IMG/VR virus record: IMGVR_UViG_3300042868_011620
Location: 68,552-132,551 of that record
Source of the DNA: a virus
DNA: 64,000 bases
Reading direction: 5' to 3' (one strand)
The position numbers were made by a program, and so were the translations under genes. Shown piece after piece: positions 55,910 to 64,000 of this stretch (positions within the stretch are counted from its first letter, which is position 1; the number at the start of each line of letters is the position of its first letter). The notes below the pieces were generated by a model. That model did not search any database. It was not told the origin of the DNA and saw nothing but the letters and a program-made list of their open reading frames with translations.

Positions 55910-56542
55910 ATGGCATATTTGAATCATAACATTCCTACCATTACTTGTTTAATGAGAAATGAGTATCTTTTTAATCATGAAAAAGGGTATGGAGAATATA
56001 CTAGCTGCGATGTGCATAGTGTTGCATCGATTGAAAAAAGAGTTCCATTGTTTGAGGGATTTTTAACTAATGGAGTAAACTGGACTCGCCGCCCTATCTC
56101 AGCATTTTGCTGGAAACCTTGCTCGCCAGTAGCGTTGGAGAAAGCTATGTATTGGGACTGCTTTAGTCCTTACATTGATGTTAATGTTCGGGCAAGAATG
56201 AGAGGACTAAGAGCCAAGCTCATTTGCCCAGATGGCTCTAAAGAAGCGGGCGAATACATGATGACTTTTGATTGGAGCTGGGAAAACAAAGCAATGCTCG
56301 ACACTAACTTCTCGGAAACTCCAGAGCATAAGTGTGGTCACTTGTTTAAAATGGACAATGGCAATTTTTACTGCTATCCAAACAATAGAATCATTTGGCA
56401 CGATGATGCTTGGGTAGACGTTCCCATTCAAAAAAATCCAGGCTACAAGATTGACCTCACAACTTACAGTGTAGAAAATAAAAGAAATCAATTCACCGAC
56501 TACGGCTACATCACTGAATTCTCCAATGAACCTAAAAAATAA
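55910..56542 (+). CDS. conserved phage hypothetical protein
   Basis: MAYLNHNIP...RRPISAF...WDCFS...EHKCGH...YPNNRI. Confidence 0.75.
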   Translation: MAYLNHNIPTITCLMRNEYLFNHEKGYGEYTSCDVHSVASIEKRVPLFEGFLTNGVNWTRRPISAFCWKPCSPVALEKAMYWDCFSPYIDVNVRARMRGLRAKLICPDGSKEAGEYMMTFDWSWENKAMLDTNFSETPEHKCGHLFKMDNGNFYCYPNNRIIWHDDAWVDVPIQKNPGYKIDLTTYSVENKRNQFTDYGYITEFSNEPKK

Positions 56543-56933
56543 AATAATTCAAGACATTCACTACGCTTTAGTTTGCAAACTAGCTCCTAGCAAAATTAGT
56601 GGAGCGGGCGTGGGAGTTTTTGCAGTGAATAAAATTGAAGATGGAGAGATTGTATTTTCTACCACTAATAATCAATTTATTTTTTGGAGCGAAGTGTCTC
56701 ATGTTTCGAGTGATGTGTTAAATTACATTAAACAAATTTGCAACTCTAATGAGAGCGGATTTTACATCGACTGCAATTTAGACAAAATCTATCCAGCATA
56801 CTATGTTAATCATAGTGATTCTCCAAACTTGCATCACAATTTAGTTTTAGACTATTATACTGCGCTGAGAGAGATTTTACCTGGCGAAGAATTAACGTGT
56901 AAATACACTCTCAAAGAAATCGATTGGGTGTAA
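56526..56933 (+). CDS. SET-domain protein (lysine methyltransferase fold)
   Basis: SKISGAGVGVFA...YVNHSDSPN...ALREILPGEELTCKY. Confidence 0.85.
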   Translation: MNLKNKIIQDIHYALVCKLAPSKISGAGVGVFAVNKIEDGEIVFSTTNNQFIFWSEVSHVSSDVLNYIKQICNSNESGFYIDCNLDKIYPAYYVNHSDSPNLHHNLVLDYYTALREILPGEELTCKYTLKEIDWV

Positions 56934-56942
56934 AAAATACAA

Positions 56943-59900
56943 ATGGCTGCTGATTTTCGCATCAATAATTTAATTGCACAAGGAGGATCTTTTACACAAA
57001 TCCCAACGGTTAATGGAACTGGAGTTTTATTAGAGGGGGGTTCGACTACTGGCGCATTCTTAACGACTGGCGCTGGTGATTTACGATACGTATTAACTGG
57101 AGCTACTGGCGTATTTGTAACAACTGGAGCTACTGGCGCATTCTTGACGACTGGCGCTGCTGATTTGAGGTACGTTGAATTTATTGATCAGCCAGTTTTT
57201 CAAACAGGTAATCAAACCATCTCAGGAATTAAAACTTTTCATAGTGGATTACTAGTTCAAAATGGCAACGTTGGTATCGGCACGCTCTCGCCAACTAATA
57301 AATTAGAAGTCCTTGGAGATTCTAAAATATCTGGTAACTTAAATATAATTAACTACAATAGTGGAGTAGATGCTCTTGATAGATTTGCTATTGATGGTTT
57401 TAATGGTAGGTTATTTGGAGTGTCTGATAGTGTAACTGGCACGATATTTTCTGTGAACGATGCGGCTGGCTTGCCAGTGATTGAAGTGGAGTCTAATCTG
57501 ACAGATAAGATTACCATGGGTACTTACGGTAGTAATGCTCTGGTTGTTAATAATAATAGTGTTGGTATTGGTACTGCAACTCCTTCGGGCAAATTAGAAG
57601 TCATTGGAGACGCTAGAATATCTGGAAATTTATCTTTCCCAAACACAGGATCAGCTCAGATTGCTAGTACTGGTAGTTTGAGTATAAATGTTGGTGGATC
57701 CCAGTTATTAAACTTTACGCCTGCTGGATATATACAAGCTGGAGCATCTAAATTATATGGAAACAACTGGGGAGCAGGATATCATCCAAGTAGTCTTACA
57801 GCTAATGTTTATGAATTTTGTACTAGTGTAGATAATGTTAATGTATTTTTAACAAGTGATTCTGGAAATGTACTGGCTCAGCGCAATGGTATTAACCCAC
57901 AAGAGTCTCGTATTTATGGAACATATACTAGTGCTACTAATTTTGAAAGATTAAATCTAAAATATAATGCAACTAGCTCTTCATTCCAAATAGGAACAGA
58001 AAAAGGTAGTGCCAGTGGCCTTGCGCGAGCAATGGAGTTTCAAACAAATAATGTAAGTAGACTAATTTTAGCTTCTGGTGGAGCTAGTATAGCAACAACC
58101 TGTTTATTGCAAGTTGGTGATGGTGGAGTCAATGCAAATGGAGAAGTTCGCGCTCGCACTTTAAGACTCTCAGATGATGTTGGCAACTCTACAGCTAAAA
58201 TATATTCTACTAGTGCTTATTCAAGAGACTTGGTTCACCATGCAGCTGAACATAAATTTGGCATTGATAACATTGAATTTGTTAGATTTGCAAATAATCA
58301 GAGAGTAGGTATTGGTACGACAACTCCCACTGCTAATTTAGAAGTAGCTCAATCTACAATTGGAGGCGGAACAATATCAATTGGAGCTAGTGGTACAACA
58401 GTAACGGGCGTAGGAACGCAATTTTTAAATACTTTTAAAGCTGGCAATACAATCACCGCTTTTGGTCAGACTTTAACCATCTCAGCAGTCTCGTCAAATA
58501 CGTTAATGACAACTAGTGTTGCAGTTTCAGGAATATCTGGAGCGCCTTATACACTAGTTGGTGGCTCAAGATTTAACGTGTATGGAAATGGAGATGTTGG
58601 GGTTGGCACAACAACTCCAACTGCCAAACTATCTGTAGATGGTGGTTATAATGGAGTTGGATTATCTGTTAAGAACGGAACTTTAACATCATTTTCTATT
58701 AGTAATATTGGAGGCGGTGCAACTTCTAATGTTACCAACGGACCATTCACATTATATGGAGGAGATAATAGAATTATAGGAACAGCCAGCGGTTCTATTT
58801 CTATACCTTTCCCAGATACTTTTAGAGTTTGCCCTGTTCGTTTTAATGAAGGAGCTAAATTCCAGTTGATAACACAACATGGATCTAGTATTGCTGGAAC
58901 TAATAGTTTAGAATTTTTAAGCAATAATGGAGGAAGTTCTACCACAACTTCTGGCAGCGCTAATGCTACTATATCTAATTCTTTAGATAACGCATTAAAA
59001 TTCTCTGTTGCAGAATCAATTACATCTCAAGGATTTAGCTCTAATCTTAGAGAAGTAGCTAGATTCAATAGCTCTGGTAGTCTTGGAATTGGTACTACTT
59101 CCCCAACAGAAAAACTAGAAGTTGCTGGCAATGTTAAAGTCTCTGGAGCTTTATCGACTAATACTTTTGGCGTTAGTGGAGCAAGCGTATTTAATTCATC
59201 AGCAGCGTTTACCGTGCGACCTACAGTCAACGGAACTGGCGTTTTATTAATAGGAGAGTCGGATACGGGATCATTCCTGACAACTGGCGTTGGAGATGCG
59301 CGATACGCATTTAGCAGCGCTACGGGATCGTTCTTAACAACGGGCGCGGCTGATTTACGATACGTTGAATTTATTGATCAGCCAGTTTATCAAACTGGCA
59401 ATCAAACAATCTCTGGAATTAAAATATTTGCGACTGGCCTTAAAATAGGCGTCAGCAACTCTATAGAAACTACAAATGGCGGACAAATCACATGGGGAGC
59501 AATGGATGGAGCTGGTGGAAATACGCTAAAATTCACTGGTTTTACTGATAATATATTCTTTAATAATAATGTATCTATTGGCGCTAATCGACTTGTTGGT
59601 GGTGGCGGTTATATTCAGTCTATAGGTAGCAGCGGTCCAAATAATGTTCCTGGAATGCTTTTTTCAGCAAGTCAAGGATCAGATCCTGGAAATCCTGTAT
59701 TTAGATTTTGGGGCAATAATAATTATACAGATCACAGACTATTTTCAGTTGGAGGGGGTTCTACATACGCTGATTTCATGACGGTGAGAAGTAATGGCAA
59801 TGTAGGTATTGGAACGGCAACGCCCATTGCAAAACTTGCGATAACTGACTCCTCTTTAGCTGGATCAGCATCTTTATCGGGATCAGCGCTTAATATAGAG

Positions 59901-62900
59901 CAAACTTGGAATACATCAGGCACTCCTACATCTATTAAGTTAAATGTAACAGACACTCTTTCTAATGCTGCAAGCAAATTATTAGACTTGCAATTAACAG
60001 GATATAGCAGATTAAATCTTTCTAAAGCTGGTATTTTAACTATTTCTGATACCGACACAGCAAATCGACAAGCAGCAGTTAAAATTATTCAATCTGATAG
60101 AAGCGTCAATCTGATTCCAGGAGCATTTGGAGGAAATGCTTATGGTTTAGCTGGACCTAGTTTTTATCAAGCTGATGCGCAAAATGGATCTGTAGCATTT
60201 GTTGCTAATAATTCTAATGGTACAGTATCATTCTTTAGATTATTTAATGATAACGTTAGTGATACAGTAGCTCAGCGTAATTCTACAAGTCCTCAAGCTT
60301 ATAGACTCTATAATACTTATACAAGTGATACTAATTTTGAACGCTTAAACTTAAAATGGGATTCAACTGGCGTTAAAATCGGCACTGAAAAAGGCAGTGC
60401 TGGTGGAGCACTCCGTCCAATAGAATTCCAAATCAATGGAGATAATCGCATGATGTTAGCCACTAATGGTAACGTTGGGATTGGAACAACCACTCCAACT
60501 TATCCATTAGATGTTTCAGGAGCAATAAATTCGCGAGTAGTAGGAGCATCAGTCAATTTTGTAGCTCAAAATCCTGGCAATAGCTATCCAAGAGGGCAGA
60601 TGCTTATTGACTATAATAATAGCGCTCCTTCAAATGTTGGATTTACAGTAGCTCCTGCTTACGGCACAAACTCTGAATTCTATCCAGTATTTTTATCAGT
60701 AGATAATAATAAAGTCGCAACAAATTCAGGATATCGACAAGTATTAGTTTATCAAGGTGCAGGTTACGCATCTATAGGCGCAATAGGTGGAGCAAATGGA
60801 AACAGTGCTGGTGATCCCCTGAAGTTTTCAACACAAACTTTTCAAGGAAATAACTCTGCATTAGTAATTGGAAATGACACAAATCAAAAAGTAACAATTG
60901 GCTCAGACACTATTGGCGCATCTCAATTAAATGTAGTAGCTAGAGGTTCTCTCAATGCTGCAACATTCATGAACGGTAATGTTGGCATTGGAACAGCATC
61001 TCCAACAGAAAAACTAGATGTTTCTGGAAATGTTAAAATCTCAGCATCTCTCTCAACTAATACTCTTGGAGTTTCTGGAGCGAGTGTATTTAATTCATCC
61101 GCAGCATTTACAGTGCGACCAACGGTTAATAGCTCTGGAGTTTTATTAGAGGGAGAGTTATCTACTGGAGCATTCTTAACGACTGGCGTTGCTGATACAA
61201 GATACGTAGCAACTGGCGCTACGGGATCGTTCTTAACAACAGGTGCTGCTAATTTACAATATGTTGAATTTGCTGATCTTCCAGTTTTCCAAACTGGTAA
61301 TCAAACGATTTCGGGAGTCAAAACGTTTGCGACTGGTTTATTAGTTCAAGGAGACATACAAGCTACCTCTATTACTACGAGTTCTATTACTACAAATTCT
61401 GCTACAGCTTTAAGTTTGCAATATGCTGCGGCTGGAACTGTTGCTATACATACTAAGTTAAATATAGTTCCATCCGATGGTTCTATTTCAATAAATAACA
61501 ACACATTCCTTACTAGCCGTGGAGCTGCTAATTTTAGACTAGGAGCAGCAGATGCTGCTGCACCAGTAGCACAAACACTTTCTGTTCAATCTGTAGCTGC
61601 TGGAATGACTAATACTGCTGGAGCAAACTTGACTGTGACTAGTTCTCAGGGAACAGGAACTGGAGTTGGCGGATCTATAATCTTCCAAGTAGCTCCAGCA
61701 GGAAGCTCTGGTACTAGTCAAAATGCTTTAATACCCAGAGTAATTTTCCCAGCAACAAGTGCTGGTGGAGTGGTTATAGCATTTAATGCTTTAGACTCTT
61801 CAAACGTAGCTTTACGATCAACAGGAACAACTCTAGATATTGTTAGAGCGGATGCAAGTTCTTTTGCAAATTTAACAGCTCAGAATATTACAGCCCAGGG
61901 AACTATAACTACTAATAATTTTGCTATTATTTCTAATGTTAATGTTGCTGCAACAACTGGAGAGCAAATTGCATTCATTACAAGCACCACAAGTAATGGC
62001 ACTGCTGCTAATGGATTTGGCACACGCATAGCTTTACGCACAGAATCTAGCACAACTGCTGATAGAGATTCTGGAGCTATTGCTGCTGTTTGGAGCGATG
62101 CTACAGATGCCACAAGAACATCAGATTTATTATTTTATAATGCTCTTAACGGCACATTAACAGAGCGTTTAAGAATTTTAGGTACTAATGGTAATGTTGG
62201 CATTGGGACAGCAACTCCATCATATAAATTCACAGTAAATGGAGGAATATATATTTCCGCTGGAAATAGTCTAAATCTTGACACAGCTTCAAGTGGTGTA
62301 AAAACAATAACTGCATCAGGAAATGATATAGTAATCGGTGGCGGCGCTCATATAATATCGGGTTATGGACTCTGGGCTAGAGGAACACGGTCAACAGGTA
62401 TTGACGCTGTTGGTGCTGGAAGCGATTTACAATTAATTACTGCGGGCGCAGAGAAGGTGAGAGTTACAACAGCGGGTAAGGTTGGTATCGGTACTACTGC
62501 ACCAACATCAAATCTTACCGTCACATCTAGTGGGACTGGGTATGTAGGTACGCAAGTTAATGTGTATGGATCTGTGCAGACAGGTGGAACGTTTGTTGAT
62601 ACTGCTGGCAATACAGTAATGGCTGCAACTGTTACAATTGGAGGGAATGGTTCGGGCTTAGATCCCGCATTTAATGTTTATGCTGGAAATAATCTCAGCA
62701 GATTCTTAGTTACTGCTGGCGGTAATGTTGGTATTGGCACAACAACTCCATCTGAAAAATTAGAAGTTTCAGGCGGTAACGCTAAGATTAATGGAGTAGG
62801 TTCAGTAGGCTTAACTCTTAATAAATTAAATTCAACTTTTGACTCTTCCCTCTCATTTACAACATCAGGCTCTACTAATGCAACTATCCAACATGCTGCA

Positions 62901-64000
62901 TCAGGCAATTTTATTATACAAGGCCCTAATAGTTTTACAACTCAAGTTGTCGCAGGAAATGGTGGAACATTATCACTAGGAGCTGGTAGCAGCGGAACAA
63001 TTATATTTAGTATTAGCGGCAGCGAGGCAATAAGAATCTTAACAAATGGCAATGTTGGTATTGGAACATCCACCCCAACAGAGAAACTAGAAGTTCTTGG
63101 CAATGCTAAAGTTTCTGGAGCTTTATCAAGCAGTACTCTTACATCATCAATAGAATTCACATCTCTTGCCCCAGCTTTTGGTCAAAGAGGTAATAAAATT
63201 AGTGAATTAATAGATGTCCTTTATCAAGCTGATAAAAGATTTACAGTTACAGGTGGTGGCACATCATCATTGTTTGATGGAAGTTTTGAAAGCCCACAAG
63301 CTTTTCCCGTTAATAATACGTCTGTTATCAACATTAATGTCGCAGATCAATCGGGAGTTCCTGTAAATGGAATCACATATCCAGGAGGAGATTTATACGT
63401 TTCATTTTACTACAATAGAATTGCATACTCAAGTTTAAGTATAAGAACTAAACATAATGGAGTATGGGTGACTGCTGCTGCACCAGTAAACGTATCAAAT
63501 AATAGCAGCTATAAGGTAATGAAATTTGCCATTTCAGGCGCTAATTATTTGACTGATATTGAGCTAACAATTACAACAGATGCGGTAAATGAAGCGTGGA
63601 TATCAGCAATCACCTACTTACCAACTGCAATTACAGGAGAAACAGAATTTCCTTTCGTTTCTAAATATATAAGTTCCAATACATTATTCGGCAATTTAAA
63701 TGTAAACAATAATAATCAAACTGCTAATAACAGACTTGCTGGTAACGGCAATTCATTTTTAGCATCAACAATTGGTAATGTTGGTATCGGCACAACAGCT
63801 CCAACAGAAAAACTACATGTTGCTGGTAATACCAGAATATCAGGCTCTCTCTCAACTAATACTTTTGGCGTAAGTGGAGCGAGCGTATTTAATTCATCAG
63901 CAGCGTTTGCCGTTCGACCAACGGTCAACGGAACTGGCGTTGTCCTTTCAGGAGAGTTGGCGACTGGATCATTCTTAACGACTGGCGCTGGTGACACGCG
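56943..64000 (+). CDS. giant modular tail fibre / adhesin, >2350 aa, runs off window (not in ORF track)
   Basis: ATG at 56943; same frame confirmed at 59223, 61143 and 63963; many GNVGIGT..P..KLEV repeats and 4 copies of a PTVNxxGVLL...TGxFLTTG linker. Confidence 0.85.
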   Translation, partial: MAADFRINNLIAQGGSFTQIPTVNGTGVLLEGGSTTGAFLTTGAGDLRYVLTGATGVFVTTGATGAFLTTGAADLRYVEFIDQPVFQTGNQTISGIKTFHSGLLVQNGNVGIGTLSPTNKLEVLGDSKISGNLNIINYNSGVDALDRFAIDGFNGRLFGVSDSVTGTIFSVNDAAGLPVIEVESNLTDKITMGTYGSNALVVNNNSVGIGTATPSGKLEVIGDARISGNLSFPNTGSAQIASTGSLSINVGGSQLLNFTPAGYIQAGASKLYGNNWGAGYHPSSLTANVYEFCTSVDNVNVFLTSDSGNVLAQRNGINPQESRIYGTYTSATNFERLNLKYNATSSSFQIGTEKGSASGLARAMEFQTNNVSRLILASGGASIATTCLLQVGDGGVNANGEVRARTLRLSDDVGNSTAKIYSTSAYSRDLVHHAAEHKFGIDNIEFVRFANNQRVGIGTTTPTANLEVAQSTIGGGTISIGASGTTVTGVGTQFLNTFKAGNTITAFGQTLTISAVSSNTLMTTSVAVSGISGAPYTLVGGSRFNVYGNGDVGVGTTTPTAKLSVDGGYNGVGLSVKNGTLTSFSISNIGGGATSNVTNGPFTLYGGDNRIIGTASGSISIPFPDTFRVCPVRFNEGAKFQLITQHGSSIAGTNSLEFLSNNGGSSTTTSGSANATISNSLDNALKFSVAESITSQGFSSNLREVARFNSSGSLGIGTTSPTEKLEVAGNVKVSGALSTNTFGVSGASVFNSSAAFTVRPTVNGTGVLLIGESDTGSFLTTGVGDARYAFSSATGSFLTTGAADLRYVEFIDQPVYQTGNQTISGIKIFATGLKIGVSNSIETTNGGQITWGAMDGAGGNTLKFTGFTDNIFFNNNVSIGANRLVGGGGYIQSIGSSGPNNVPGMLFSASQGSDPGNPVFRFWGNNNYTDHRLFSVGGGSTYADFMTVRSNGNVGIGTATPIAKLAITDSSLAGSASLSGSALNIEQTWNTSGTPTSIKLNVTDTLSNAASKLLDLQLTGYSRLNLSKAGILTISDTDTANRQAAVKIIQSDRSVNLIPGAFGGNAYGLAGPSFYQADAQNGSVAFVANNSNGTVSFFRLFNDNVSDTVAQRNSTSPQAYRLYNTYTSDTNFERLNLKWDSTGVKIGTEKGSAGGALRPIEFQINGDNRMMLATNGNVGIGTTTPTYPLDVSGAINSRVVGASVNFVAQNPGNSYPRGQMLIDYNNSAPSNVGFTVAPAYGTNSEFYPVFLSVDNNKVATNSGYRQVLVYQGAGYASIGAIGGANGNSAGDPLKFSTQTFQGNNSALVIGNDTNQKVTIGSDTIGASQLNVVARGSLNAATFMNGNVGIGTASPTEKLDVSGNVKISASLSTNTLGVSGASVFNSSAAFTVRPTVNSSGVLLEGELSTGAFLTTGVADTRYVATGATGSFLTTGAANLQYVEFADLPVFQTGNQTISGVKTFATGLLVQGDIQATSITTSSITTNSATALSLQYAAAGTVAIHTKLNIVPSDGSISINNNTFLTSRGAANFRLGAADAAAPVAQTLSVQSVAAGMTNTAGANLTVTSSQGTGTGVGGSIIFQVAPAGSSGTSQNALIPRVIFPATSAGGVVIAFNALDSSNVALRSTGTTLDIVRADASSFANLTAQNITAQGTITTNNFAIISNVNVAATTGEQIAFITSTTSNGTAANGFGTRIALRTESSTTADRDSGAIAAVWSDATDATRTSDLLFYNALNGTLTERLRILGTNGNVGIGTATPSYKFTVNGGIYISAGNSLNLDTASSGVKTITASGNDIVIGGGAHIISGYGLWARGTRSTGIDAVGAGSDLQLITAGAEKVRVTTAGKVGIGTTAPTSNLTVTSSGTGYVGTQVNVYGSVQTGGTFVDTAGNTVMAATVTIGGNGSGLDPAFNVYAGNNLSRFLVTAGGNVGIGTTTPSEKLEVSGGNAKINGVGSVGLTLNKLNSTFDSSLSFTTSGSTNATIQHAASGNFIIQGPNSFTTQVVAGNGGTLSLGAGSSGTIIFSISGSEAIRILTNGNVGIGTSTPTEKLEVLGNAKVSGALSSSTLTSSIEFTSLAPAFGQRGNKISELIDVLYQADKRFTVTGGGTSSLFDGSFESPQAFPVNNTSVININVADQSGVPVNGITYPGGDLYVSFYYNRIAYSSLSIRTKHNGVWVTAAAPVNVSNNSSYKVMKFAISGANYLTDIELTITTDAVNEAWISAITYLPTAITGETEFPFVSKYISSNTLFGNLNVNNNNQTANNRLAGNGNSFLASTIGNVGIGTTAPTEKLHVAGNTRISGSLSTNTFGVSGASVFNSSAAFAVRPTVNGTGVVLSGELATGSFLTTGAGDT

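Noticed and set aside
58646-63997. Minus-strand ORFs listed in 58.6-64 kb
   Set aside because: Antisense shadows of the long plus-strand fibre ORF

Overview
This window looks like part of a large tailed dsDNA phage genome with a lambda-type tail tip. The host is probably Gram-negative and uses sigma70-type promoters; I saw no consistent Shine-Dalgarno motif. 1-8.2 kb: early region built from repeated expression cassettes (TTGCAN-N16-TATAGT promoter, mostly leaderless ORF, near-identical intrinsic terminator). Ten copies of a 77-bp twin-palindrome element with an invariant 48-bp offset separate the cassettes. 8.4-14 kb: minus-strand genes (SprT-like, RuvB-like, AT-hook, Lar-like), 3 tRNAs and a repeat-rich, strand-skewed non-coding zone. 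14-20.2 kb: tandem array of 28 paralogous, mostly translationally coupled small S-V-x-x repeat units ending in DYFKQ, directly downstream of a DUF6745-like gene and its partner. 22-37.7 kb: thermonuclease, ThyX, metallophosphoesterase, CHAP endolysin and holin-like genes, three BspA/DUF285-like repeat proteins, a papain-like protease, an outer-membrane beta-barrel, 7 more tRNAs and UvsE. 38-64 kb: virion and tail-tip genes (gpL/K/I/J-like), glycosyltransferases, GNAT, a SET-domain protein and a >2350-aa modular tail fibre running off the window end. All family calls come from motif recognition by eye, not database searches.
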